Source of the DNA: Amphiscolops sp. MND2022
Taxonomy: Eukaryota
NCBI GenBank assembly: GCA_964187785.1
Contig: OZ076409.1
Coordinates: forward strand, 16,184,001-16,248,000
Length of the DNA stretch: 64,000 nucleotides
Direction of reading: 5' to 3'
Positions 40,001 to 52,195 of this stretch are shown piece after piece. The notes under the pieces were generated by a model, which worked only from the letters and a program-made list of their open reading frames with translations, did no database searches and was not told where the DNA came from. Position numbers and translations under genes: made by a program. Each line of letters begins with the position of its first letter. Position 1 is the first letter of the stretch.

Positions 40001-43000
40001 TTTTTTTGAAAAAAAATTTTGATTGAGGGAATCGATGTCAAGACATTGGAATGGAAATCTAACACGCAACCACTACGCCATTGACTGTTGAAAAGACGTG
40101 AAAAAAGTAACAACGTTATTCGAAAGAGTCCAAAAATATCTATGTTGAAAATTTTGCCGCTTCCAAAGTAAGCATTTCAATTCAAATTTTGGACGAATTC
40201 AGATTGCTATATTCGGTATGTGTCAAATTAAACAATCACGTTGGATGCAAGCAAAAAAACTCTATTAATTCAAGTGCGGAACAACTTCCATCCCCGGGGA
40301 CCCAACCCAAAGCCCAAAGGTACCAGAACAACGCTATGCCAAACCACCAACGCAACCTCTAGGCTACGATATCTTGCGAACCAGTGGTTTTGGGCGCACC
40401 ACTAAGGGAAGAGAATAATCCTGTGCTTTTGAAAGACTGTGCACGCTGACAGTTTTTTTTGAACAAATAATGATCGAGGGAATCGAACTCAAGACATTGG
40501 AATGGAGGAAATCTAACACGCAACCACTACGCCATTGACTGTTGCAAAGAAGTGAAAAAATGGACAACGTTATTGGAAAGAGTCCAAAAATCCATATGTT
40601 GAAAATTTTGCCGCTTCCAAAGTAAGCATTCCAATTCAAATTTTGGACGAATTCAGTATGCTATATTCGGTATGTGTCAAATTAAACAACCTAGTTGGGT
40701 GTAAGCAATAACTTTTTAACAATTCAAGTGCGGAACAAATTTCATCCCCGGGGACCGAACCCAAAGATATCAGAACAACGCTATACCAATCCTAACCACC
40801 AACGCAACCTCTAGGCCACAATATCTTGCAAGACAGTGGTTTTAGACGCACCACTAAGGGAAAAGAAGAATCCAGTGCTGTTGAAAAACTGTGCACGCTG
40901 ACAAAGTTTTTAAAAAAATTATGATTGAGGGAATCGAACTCAAGACATTGGAATGGAAATCTAACACGCAACCACTACGCCATTGACTATTGAAAAGATG
41001 TGAAAAAATGGACAACGTTATTGGAAAGAGTCCAAAAATCCCTATGTTGAAACTTTTGCCGCTTCCAAAGTAAGCATTCCAATTCAAATATTGGACGAAT
41101 TCAGAACGCTAAATTCCGTATGTGTCGAATTGAACAACCAAATTGGTTGTAAACAATAACACTCTATCAATTCAAGTGCTGAACAAATTCCCCGGGGACC
41201 GAACCCAAAGATACCAGTACAACGCTATACCAAACCTAACCACCAACGCAACCTCTAGGCCACGATATCTTGCGAAACAGTGGTTTTAGACGCACCACTA
41301 ATTGAAAAGAAGAATCCAGTGCTGTTGAAAAACTGTGCACGCTGACAAAGTTTTTAAAAAAAATTATGATTGAGGGAATCGAACTCAAGCCATTGGAATG
41401 GAAATCTAACACGCAACCACTACGCCATTGACTGTTGAAAAAATGTGAAAAAAAGGACAACGTTATTGGAAAAAGTCCAAAAATCCCTATGTTGAAAATT
41501 TTGCCGCATCCAAAGTAAGCATTCCAATTCAAATGTTGGACGAATTCAGAAGGCTATTTTCGGTATGTGTCGAATTGAACAACCAAATTGGTTGTAAACA
41601 ATAACACTCTATCAATTCAAGTGCTGAACAAATTCCCCGGGGACCGAACCCAAAGATACCAGAACAACGCTATACCAAACCTAACCACCAGCGCAACCTC
41701 TAGACCACAATTTCTTGCGAAACAATTGTTTTAGGGGCACCACTAAGGAAAAAGAATATTCCAGTGCTTTTGAAAAACTGTCCACGCCGACAGTTTTTTT
41801 GAAAAAATATTGATTGAGGGAATCGAACTCAAGACATTGGAATGGAGGAAATGTAACACGCAACCACTACGCCATTGAATGTTGAAAAGATGTTAAAAAA
41901 AGGACAACTTTATTGGAAAGAGTCCAAAAATCCCTATGTTGGAATTTTTGCCGCTTCCAAAGTAAGCATTCCACTTCAAATATTGGACGAGTTCAGAACG
42001 CTATATTCGGTATGTGTCGAATTAAACAAATTCCATCCCCGGGGACCGAACCCAAAGATACCAGAACAACGCTATACCAAACCTAACCACCAACGCAACC
42101 TCTACGCCACGATATCTTGCAAAACAGTGATTTTAGGCGCACCACTAGGGGAAAAGAAAAATCCTGTGCTTTTGAAAGACTGTCCACGCTGACTAAGTTA
42201 TTTAAAAAACTTTGATTGAGGGAATCGAACTCAAGACATTGGAATGGAAATCTAACACGCAACCACTACGCCATTGAACGTTGAAAAGATGTTAAAAAAT
42301 GGACAACGTTATTGGAAAGAGTCCAAAAATCCCTATGTTGAAAGATTTGCCGCTTCCAAAGTAAGCATTACAATTCAAAGTTTGGACGAATTCAGAATGC
42401 TATATTCGGTATGTGTCAAATTAAACAACCAAGTTGGGTGCAATAACACTCTATCATTACAAGTGCTGAACAATATCCATCCCCGGGGACCGAACCCAAA
42501 GATACCAGAACAACGCTATACGAAACCTAACCACCAACGCAACCTCTACGACACGATATCTTTCGCAACAATGGTTTTAGGCGCACCACTAAGGGAAAAG
42601 AATATTCCAGTGCTTTTGAAAAACTATCCACGCTGACTTAGTTTTTTAAAAATTTTTGATTGAGGGAATCGAACTTAAGACATTGTAATGGAAATCTAAC
42701 ACGCAACCACTACGCCATTGACTGTTGAAAAGATGTTAAAAATTGGACAACGTTATTGGAAAGAGTCCAAAAATCCCTATGTTGAAAATTTTGCCGCTTC
42801 CAAAGTAAGCATTCCAATTCAAATATTGGACGAGTTCAGAATGCTATATTCGGTATGTGTCGAATTAAACAACCAAGTTGGGTGCAACACCACTCAATCA
42901 ATTAAAATGTTGAACAAATTCCATCTCCGGGGACCGAACCCAAAGATACCAGAACAACGCTATACCAAACCTAACCACCAACGCAACCTCTACGCCACGA

Positions 43001-43743
43001 TTACTTGCGTAACAGTGGTTTTAGGCGCACCACTAAGGGAAAAGATTATTCCAGTGCTTTTGAAAGACTGTCCACGCTGACTAAGTTATTTAAAAAAGTC
43101 TGATTGAGGGAATCGAACTCAAGACATTGGAATGGAAATCTAACACGCAACCACTACGCCATTGAATGTTGAAAAGATGTTAAAAATGGACCACGTTATT
43201 AGAAAGAGTCCAAAAATCCCTATGTTGAAAGATTTGCCGCCCTCCAAGGTAAGCATTTCAAATCAAAAATTGGACGAATTCAGAATGCTATGTTCGGTAT
43301 GTGTCAAATTAAACAACCAAGTTGGGTGCAATAACACTCTATCAATTCAAGTGCTGAACAAATTCCATCCCCGGGGACCGAACCCAAAGATACCAGAACA
43401 ACGCTATACCAAATCTAACCACCAACGCAACCTCTACGCCACGATATCTTGCGAAACAGTGGTTTTAGGCGCACCACTAAGGGAAAGATTATTCCAGTGC
43501 TTTTGAAAGACTGTCCCTGTTGACTAAGATATTAGAAAATTTTTGATTGAGGGAGTCCAACTCAAGACATTGGAATAGAAATCTAACACGCAACCACTTG
43601 GCCATTGATTGTTGAAAAGATGTGTAAAAATGGACAACGTTATTGGAAAGAGTCCAAAAATCCCTGTGTTGAAAGATTTGCCGCTTCCAAAGTAAGCATT
43701 CAAATTCAAATTTTAGACGAAATCAGAATGCTTTATTCGGTAT
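34085..43743. repeat. Tandem satellite, ~445-bp monomer, ~21-22 copies
   Basis: Recurring track ORFs at 444-448 bp spacing (42274, 42718, 43162; ends 38842, 39290, 39734). Confidence 0.97.
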
Positions 43744-44022
43744 AGTGTTTTTTCACACTCCTGAGTCGACTTTTGATAATACATGAAATTTCATATTTAA
43801 GCATACTAATTTATGCTTTTCAGCAAACATTTCCGTTATAGAGTCAAAATTTTGCTTTTTTTTTACAGATTTTCTAAAATAATTTGGTTTCATCGGATGT
43901 CAAAAACATGAAACTTTGTCTTTTTCTGGAAATTTCCCGCCAAAACAAGTTGTTGGCTGGTAATGGTAAGTCAGTACCGCAGATAGGGATCTCGCGCTCC
44001 AAAAATTGACTCTTTGCTTTTA

Positions 44023-44156
44023 GACTAATTGTTGTGATAAACCTATTAAATAGGTAAGTATTCCAACCCTATTGATAAGTTTTATTTGAAAGCAGACTGC
44101 GAAAGTGGTCTGCTGCCCAGTTTTTGAACAAGGAACAAGCTAGTCTGCACTAACTT
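44023..44156 (+). ncRNA. Putative SL RNA gene, variant copy
   Basis: 31-nt leader ending AAATAG|GTAAGT; substitutions in leader (GACTAA, AACCT) and Sm site (AGTTTTTG). Confidence 0.65.
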
Positions 44157-44248
44157 AAAAGTTACGCGTATTTCGACCGAAAAAATTTTCGTATCATTGT
44201 ACGTAATTTTGTTGTTAAGCATATAAAGCTATTGATTCTACAATGATC

Positions 44249-44367
44249 GGCTACGACCATACCATGTTGAATGCACCGGTTCTCGTCCGCTCACCGAAGT
44301 TAAACAACATAGGGCCTGGTTAGTACTTGGATGGGAGACCGCTTGGGAACACCAGGTGTTGTAGCCT
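44249..44367 (+). rRNA. 5S rRNA
   Basis: GGCTACGACCATACC...TAGTACTTGGATGGGAGACC...GTTGTAGCC then T-run; a few variants versus other copies. Confidence 0.97.
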
Positions 44368-45094
44368 TTTTTGTCAGAAATGTGGTTTAACTTCGGCGAC
44401 AGTTTTGCGAAAGGGGTCGAATTGAAAAGATAGCAAAAAACGGACAACGCCATTAGAAAGAGCGTCCAAAAAAACCCCCATGCTGAAATTTTCGCCGCCA
44501 TCACTTGAATTTTCATTGAGTTATGTCATTTTTACTATTTTCACAAAATGTGGTTTAACTTCGGTGACAGTTTTGCAAAAGGGGTAAAATTGAAAAGACA
44601 GCAAAAAACGGACAACGCCATTAGAAAGAGCGTCCAAAAAAACCCCCATGCTGAAATTTTCGCCGCCATCACTTGAATTTTCATTGAGTTATGTCATTTT
44701 TACTATTTTCACAAAATGTGGTTTAACTTCGGTGACAGTTTTGCAAAAGGGGTCAAAATGAACAGATTGCAAAAAACGGACAACGGCATTGGAAAGAGGG
44801 CCCAAAATTACCCCTAAAACGTGTTTTTCACACTCCTGAGTCGACTTTTGATAATACATGGAATTTCATTTTTAAGCTCACTAATTTATGCTTTTCAGCA
44901 TACATTTTCGTAATAGAGTCAAAATTTTGCTTTCTCACAATTTTTCTGGAATATTTTTGTTTCATCAGATGTCAATAACTTGAAACGTCGTCTTTTCATG
45001 AGAATTTCTCTTCAAAACAAGTTGTTGGCTGGTAATGGTAAGTCCGTACCGCAGATAGGACTATCGCGCTCCAAAAATTGACTCTTTGCTTTTA

Positions 45095-45228
45095 GCCTAA
45101 TTGTTGTGATAAACTTATTAAATAGGTAACTATTCCAACCCTATTGATAAGTTTTATTTGAAAGCAGACTGCGAAAGTGGTCTGAGGCCCAATTTTTGAA
45201 CAAGGAACAAGCTAGTCTGCACTAACTT
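45095..45228 (+). ncRNA. Putative SL RNA gene, variant copy
   Basis: Consensus leader; donor GTAACT; second hairpin altered (TCTGAGG); Sm site AATTTTTGA. Confidence 0.7.
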
Positions 45229-45320
45229 AAAAGTTACGCGTATTTTGACCGAGAAAATTTTCGTATCATTGTACGTAATTTTGTTGTTAAGCATATAAAG
45301 CTATTGATTCTACAATGATC

Positions 45321-45439
45321 GGCTACGACCATACCATGTTGAATGCACCGGTTCTCGTCCGATCACCGAAGTTAAACAACATAGGGCCTGGTTAGTACTT
45401 GGATGGGAGACCGTTTGGGAACACCAGGTGTTGTAGCCT
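45321..45439 (+). rRNA. 5S rRNA
   Basis: Canonical eukaryotic 5S sequence, T6 terminator. Confidence 0.98.
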
Positions 45440-46237
45440 TTTTTGTCAGAAATGTGGTTTAACTTCGGTGACAGTTTTGCAAAAGGGATCAAATTGAAAA
45501 GATAGCAAAAAACGGACAACGCCATTAGAAAGAGCGTCCAAAAAAACCCCCATGCTGAAATTTTCGCCGCCATCACTTGAATTTTCATTGAGTTATGTCA
45601 TTTTTACTATTTTCACAAAATGTGGTTTAACTTCGGTGACAGTTTTGAAAAAGGGGTCAAAATGAACAGATAGAAAAAAACGGACAACGGCATTGGAAAG
45701 AGGGCCCAAAATTACCCCTAAAACGTGTTTTTCACACTCCTGAGTCGACTTTTGATAATACATGGAATTTCATTTTTAAGCTTACTAATTTATGCTTTTC
45801 AGCATACATTTTCGTAATAGAGTCAAAATTTTGCTTTCTCACAATTTTTCTGGAATATTTTTGTTTCATCAGATGTCAATAACTTGAAACGTCGTCTTTT
45901 CATGAGAATTTCTCCTCAAAACAAGTTGTTGGCTGGTAATGGTAAGTCCGTACCGCAGATAGGACTCTCGCGCTCCAAAAATTGACTCTTTGCTTTTAGC
46001 CTAATTGTTGTGATATCCACGAGGCGTTACTCTGCCAAAATTGGAAATCTCTCATTTCTGAGTTAAATTAACTCAGCGAAACTGTCTTAAATTGTTTCTC
46101 TTCTTCAAACAACGTACCATTCTTACAAGCAATTTTATTGTACTGTATTAGAAAAACTACTGTTTTTCGAAACGTTACTTTAACTTTCTGGGCATTTTGC
46201 TCCTCATTGCCGACAAGGCAAACAATAATCCAACCTC

Positions 46238-48397
46238 ATGGATGAAACACCAACTCACGACAGTCAAAAGCCTTCGAAAACCTTGGATAATTCTCCACGA
46301 AATATTCGAAAAAACCAAGGTCAAAATTTCTTAGAAAATTCATTGGTTACAACAGGAGAAATTTCAAATACTTCGCCCAAATGTAGCAAAAAATTCTCGC
46401 CTTACAAATCACCGGCAGGCCATCCTAAAGAGGCGTCAATCTACACTTCGGATGGCAAATTTCAAGGCAGGGCTCCCCCTCAAAGCCCGAAAGACTCAAA
46501 GCGTAAAAACGCAAAAAACTTTACATCAAAAATTATCAACTCTCAGGAAACTATAAATGCCACAAACTTACCAAATTATCAACAACAACAGCCACAGTTA
46601 CCATTTACAACTCATCGATTGCCTCAAGACCCTAGCAAAAGAGTCAAAATGGTGGATTTCAACGAAGAAAATTTTACATGCAATTCTGGCCCAGAAATTA
46701 CGATAACGTATTCCGGCAACACACTGCAAAATAATATTACACCCACTTACACCAATGCAAAGCCAGCTCATCCTTCTACAACTGGCAACTCAAACTACAA
46801 CCCAAGGGAGGACTCTGGGCCAAATATCGCTCCAAACAACCCACCCAATGTGGAGAACGACCACAAAAACAAGAAAAATCCACTTCAAGAAAGTCAGGTA
46901 GAAAGCTATATTCCTACAACCCAAAACAACAAAAACTCTGAAGCTATTACTGTTGCGACCCAAATGCAACGTACTACGCTTCTCAATTTGCTAAATACAG
47001 GCCGATACGTTTCTCCTGAAGAACGTAGACGTATCCACAATGCTATTGAGGCAATAGCTAACGAAAGTTCCAGTAATGCCTTTAGTGAAATCTTTCCTGA
47101 ACTCTCTGCCCAGAATCAGCAAAAACAAACAAATGCTGATGACAGCAGTCATGCTACAAAACAACCAGCTTCCAACTACAATTCAAGAGCACTAGAACAA
47201 GCAATCGCTGCCACAATTAACGCCATAAACCCACCAGCTGAGGAACTATACACACAAACAATCAGAAATAGCGGATCCCCAAATGAATCAAAGAACAGCC
47301 ACCCACAATCCTACTCTCAGGCAACCTTTTCAAGGTCTCCTACCACGCAAGTGGTAAGCAAAATCCACAAGCTAAGAATAGTGCCTCCCTTGAGAAAAGA
47401 ACATTTCTCCAATAACAACACGTTGGAAGCCGAAATTACAAGAGCATACAAAGATATCCTAACAGCCTTCTCGCCAAATATACGAAATTTGATAACGATA
47501 TCACGAACCAACGTCAAAGTGGCAAACAAAACATACCAAGTCCTCCAGGTAATTGCTCCAGAAAGCGCTGAGCCAGACATTACCAGAATGAAACTGAATG
47601 GTCTAACGATCATGGGCAGAACTGTCTTTCCGACATCTGAGGACTTCTGGCAGGTCCGGAATTCATTCTACCCAAAAACACCGACCATACGAATCAGCAA
47701 TGTCCCAGTGCTATGCGATGACGATGCTCTAATTGAAGCTCTACAATTCCCATCATTCCTTGAATTTGGTCTAAAAGAAAGGGAAACAAAACAGACAGAA
47801 ATTGGCCCAGTTCATACTGGGAAAACTGCTATACAAATAAAGATAAACTCTGAAGATGAAGAAGCCGAGATGCGATCCTGGTCCTTTCATAAAGCCTACA
47901 CTTGCCCAGCAGAATGGCTAGGAGTCGAAATTCCAGCCAGCATACCGAAACTCCACATATGCAAGAAATGCAAAGAAGAAAAGATATCTCAATTCCGAGG
48001 CCACGAAGAGGAATGGTGCAGAATACGCAGAACCCCTCTCACTCCTCCAGTATCCGAAATCACAGAAGGGGCATCCACTAGCGTCATGCCTGAAGAAAGA
48101 AACAAAGCACAACTTCAATCAGTAGAAGCCCCAGGAGCCGAAAACATTCGGTCCGAAGATAGGCAGATCGACAGCGACAACCCAGATGAAGACGACTCTT
48201 CAGATAATCAAGATGACAACTGGCAAACAGTACAGAAGAAAGGACAGAAGAGAACCAAAAAGCAACCCTCAGAAGCTTCCAAAAACTCTCGAAACAGCAG
48301 CCCTGTGAAAGAACCCACCGCAAAGCAAGCAGCTCTACAACCAATCTGTATCAACAACAAACCCAACCCTCAAAAAACGGTAAATAATGATACTTAA
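46238..48397 (+). CDS. ORF1 protein (low-complexity N-terminus, RRM-like region, CCHC knuckle), 719 aa
   Basis: YPKTPTIRISNVP...HTGKTAIQI...CKKC-x10-H-x4-C; DNWQTVQKK basic tail as in L1/Tx1 ORF1. Confidence 0.9.
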   Translation: MDETPTHDSQKPSKTLDNSPRNIRKNQGQNFLENSLVTTGEISNTSPKCSKKFSPYKSPAGHPKEASIYTSDGKFQGRAPPQSPKDSKRKNAKNFTSKIINSQETINATNLPNYQQQQPQLPFTTHRLPQDPSKRVKMVDFNEENFTCNSGPEITITYSGNTLQNNITPTYTNAKPAHPSTTGNSNYNPREDSGPNIAPNNPPNVENDHKNKKNPLQESQVESYIPTTQNNKNSEAITVATQMQRTTLLNLLNTGRYVSPEERRRIHNAIEAIANESSSNAFSEIFPELSAQNQQKQTNADDSSHATKQPASNYNSRALEQAIAATINAINPPAEELYTQTIRNSGSPNESKNSHPQSYSQATFSRSPTTQVVSKIHKLRIVPPLRKEHFSNNNTLEAEITRAYKDILTAFSPNIRNLITISRTNVKVANKTYQVLQVIAPESAEPDITRMKLNGLTIMGRTVFPTSEDFWQVRNSFYPKTPTIRISNVPVLCDDDALIEALQFPSFLEFGLKERETKQTEIGPVHTGKTAIQIKINSEDEEAEMRSWSFHKAYTCPAEWLGVEIPASIPKLHICKKCKEEKISQFRGHEEEWCRIRRTPLTPPVSEITEGASTSVMPEERNKAQLQSVEAPGAENIRSEDRQIDSDNPDEDDSSDNQDDNWQTVQKKGQKRTKKQPSEASKNSRNSSPVKEPTAKQAALQPICINNKPNPQKTVNNDT

Positions 48398-51300
48398 TCT
48401 TGTTAATCTTGTATGTGTGAACATCAGAGGCCTTGCTAACCCAGCAAAGCTTCTCGAAATCTGTGAAAAAAGTAAAACCTTAGATAAAAACCAACAGTCA
48501 TGTATTTTCATACAAGAAACAAAATTAACCAAAATGAAGGAGGAACATATACGAATCTTAGAAAAATATAAACTAAAGAGTAAAGAGGTTCCTGCTACAG
48601 GAAACTCAGGGGGGCTTCTAACACTCATTCCAAAAAACATTGATCATCAAATACTCATGAAAAGCCTTAGCTGCCTTGCAGTGAAAATAATTAGAAATAA
48701 TTGTGAAATGGTCCTCGTTAACACATATATCAACCCCAAAGATTTCAAAGCTAGAAATTTCTGTGCGTCTATTCAGGAGCCAAACCTAAACCCATCCCAA
48801 AACATCCTCGTAGCAGGGGATTTGAATGCAATAGATGCTGAAGACATAGGAAAAACTAAAGAACTTTGCTACCCTATTAAAAACAACGATATCAGAGTAA
48901 TTCGTCATAAAATAATACAGTCTCATTCGAACTCTTTACTGTTAAAGGACATGGCAAAGGAACAAAATGAAATTTTACCGACACATTTCGATCGTAGAAC
49001 AAAAAAATTCAGCAGAATTGACTATGTCTTCAGCAACTATACGAATCAGAATCAGAAAATCGAAATTGTCAATTTCACGTCATCGGATCATAAGTGCCTC
49101 TTTTTAAAAAACCAGGAAGAAAACACCAATAATTCTCCCTCCTACTGGAAACTAAATGACTCTGTGCTGGACGATAGTAATCGCATTAATGAAATCCTGA
49201 AAACCTCAATTTCAAAGCTTCAGAACAAAAGCATGCTAACTGAAACATACGATGAATTTAAAGCAAGTATTAGAGATGACCTTCGGCAATTATGCATTGA
49301 AAAAAGAAATGCTGAAAACATTGTTGAAAAACAACTCAAAAATAACCTAAGACAACTTGAACTTAAACTTTCAGAGAGTGCAAATTCAATGGAATTAATT
49401 GCAAAAATCCAACAAGAAGTTGATCGAAAAAATGACGAGTTGGGCGTACTACTGGACAAACGCAACCAACAAGAACTGAAAAAAATAAAAAATTTCTTTA
49501 ACGAAGCCTTTGAAGGCAATCCTAAACATGTTAAACAATTAGTATCAGCCCTCCGTCTGAGCACAAGAATTTCAAAATTGGAAAAAGACAGCGGTGAAAA
49601 AATTCAATCTCAAAATGATATAGTTGCGGAACTAACCTCATTCTATAAAAAACTTTATCAGTACAATGCTCCTGGAAATCGAAGCACAACTGGGTCCTCC
49701 ATACAACAGAAGAAATACCTCGAGAAATACTTGAAAAGAATTGAGAATAGGCTTGCTACCTATGATAGGACGAATATAAATGAAGATGAAATCTTAGAAT
49801 ACGAAGTTGAAAAAGCAATTCTAAAACTGAATAAAAACAGTGCCCCAGGACCGGATGGTCTCACCGCTGGCCTTTTCCAAAATCAAATAAAATTCTTTGT
49901 GCCTTTGCTTACAGACCTATTTAATGAAATTTTAACTAAAAACCGGCCTCCTCCTTCATTTACTCTTGCAATAATCAAACTACTCCCGGAAAAATCTAAC
50001 ACAATAAAAAAAGCCTCTGATCTTAGGCCAATAAGTCTAATAAACACAGACCAAAAAATACTATCACACGTGCTAGCTAATCGAATCAAACCACTTTTTG
50101 ACACAATAATAGGACAACATCAATATGCTCATCTTACAGAACGAAATATCCACACTGCAATAACGAAAATTAGACAATATTCAACGTGCCTGAAGAAAAA
50201 CGACAGCTTATGCGCTCTAGATTTTACAAAAGCATTTGACTGCGTCAACAGGGACTTCCTAATTGCCATATTGAAACAACTACCAATATCAGAAACAACT
50301 ATAAAACTAATCGAGCAAGTATATAAAAACACAACATCCATCATTGACATCAACTCTGAATTCTCCGAACCAATAATTATTACAAAAGGGGTAAGACAAG
50401 GATGCCCCCTCTCTGCATTGCTCTTCATCCTAGTTATAGAACCTCTACTTGAAAAAATACAACGATCAAAAAAATTAAAAACACCAAATCATCAAAAAAT
50501 CATTGCCTTTGCAGATGATATAACAGTGTCCATCAAAAACAACTCAATAAACAATTTAATTAAAATCCTTGACGAGTTTGAAAATGTCTCTGGTCTCGCT
50601 ATTAATTACGAAAAGTCAGAGCTTCTAACCAAAAATCAAAAAATTTTATTCACAAACCCAGAAAAAAACTGAAAATTGTCAATCGAGTCAAAATCCTTGG
50701 AGTGTTCATAACAACAAAATCAAGTATAGACAGTGAAACAAAAAACAAGATCGACACAATTGTTAACCAATCAACAAAGTTCACCTCTCAAAACATGAGT
50801 TTCAGAGCCAGAGCTATTAACCTAGAAACATTCATTCTATCCAAAATATTCTACCAATTACGACACTTCGCGAAAAACAAATCATATATGAAAAAATTAA
50901 ACTCCAAAATAGTGGACCAGTTCTGGAATCATAAGAAACACAACGTTAATCAAGAAATTTTACATACCAGTAGACAAGAAAGCGGAATAGGACTAAAGAA
51001 TCTGAACAAAGCCGTAACAATAGCAAAAATCATGAATTTGAAAGTTTCCCTCCAAGGTAAAAACAATCAAAATAATCACAACGATTTCCAAGTTTCAAAC
51101 TGGTACAAGCAAATTGCAAAAGACCTGAAAAACGAAAACATTGAGATAATAGAAGTATCCAATGATACTCTAAAGATACAACACCTCTTTCAACCCATTG
51201 AAATAACCAGAAACACAAAATCGAGCGAAATTCTCTCAATAATACAAAAATCAACAATCAATATTGCATGCATCCCCCGTGTTGCAAAAACGGCCATGAA

Positions 51301-51706
51301 ACAAGGAATAACCATGGACTGTGTCCAGGGGGTTCTGGCAAAACTATGGAACAGAAAAAATCTACGATCATTTGATAAAAATTACATATACTGTTTCATG
51401 ATGAACGCCTACCTAGATAAACAAGAGAATTGGGGAAAAAACCTTGTTCCTCATCCTCTCTGCTTCCAATGCGGAACTCATTTCGAAACATTCAGTCATT
51501 TAATGTTTGACTGTCCACAAACACAGAACTTGAAAACAAAACTCAAATACACAAATTGGGATCAAGTCTGGAACGATAAAACAGGCAAATCACAAAAACT
51601 ACTAGTCGCCTTTATCCTATCGTCATGGTCGGAAGAAGAAGGGTCGTACCTAAAGTTTTTTCGAAACACGTATACTTCCAACTACCAACCACCTCAAGAA
51701 ACCTAA
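48387..51706 (+). CDS. ORF2 protein (AP endonuclease, RT, C-terminal Zn finger) with one frameshift near 50662-50668
   Basis: NIRGL, IQETK, AGDLN, SRIDY, SDH; APGPDG, RPISLIN, DFTKAFD, GVRQGCPLS, FADD; resumes in another frame as VKILGVF; CFQC..ETFSHLMFDC. Confidence 0.93.
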
Positions 51707-51970
51707 ACAGAGCCAACCGACACCCAAGCCGAAACACCCAAAACAACATAAAAAAACAAAAAAAAACTTCAAAAAAAAAACGAAAAAGTAATCCAGTTCA
51801 CACATACATCCTGAAGCATTTATATTATACTTATGTTACTCTCAGATTTTGTTGTACCATTTATTGTACCTTTTGTTACTTTTATTACCTATGTGGTTTT
51901 GTTGTACTTCCATTAGACTAAAGTTTGTAACATTTTTGTTAGCGTAAAGTTTACAATAAAGTCTTCAAAA

Positions 51971-52103
51971 GCCTACTTGTTGTGATAAACTTATTAAATA
52001 GGTAAGTATTCCAACCTATTGATAAGTTTTATTTGAAAGCAGACTGCGAAAGTGGTCTGCTGCCCAATTTTCGAACAAGGAACAAGCTAGTCTGCACTAA
52101 CTT
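51971..52103 (+). ncRNA. Putative SL RNA sequence regenerated downstream of the LINE
   Basis: TSD restores the leader (one substitution); donor, hairpins and Sm site present; separated from upstream spacer. Confidence 0.65.
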
Positions 52104-52195
52104 AAAAGTTACGCGTATTTTGACCGAGAAAATTTTCGTATCCTTGTACGTAATTTTGTTGTTAAGCATATAAAGCTATTGATTCTACAATGATC

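Larger units (their letters stand above)
46016..51970 (+). mobile_element. Full-length L1/Tx1-type non-LTR retrotransposon inserted in the SL leader
   Basis: TSD GCCTAATTGTTGTGATA 45999-46015 and GCCTACTTGTTGTGATA 51971-51987; ORF1 plus APE-RT-CCHC ORF2; AATAAA and AAAA at 3' end. Confidence 0.95.

Noticed and set aside
34065..43709. Many similar 60-120 aa ORFs in the satellite (MNWNAYFGSGK..., MNVEKMLK...)
   Set aside because: Frames break at different points between monomers and mostly start at TTG; by-products of the tandem repeat
34085..43743. Functional tRNA gene cluster
   Set aside because: A/B boxes are present but the acceptor and anticodon stems do not pair; reported as tRNA-derived modules only
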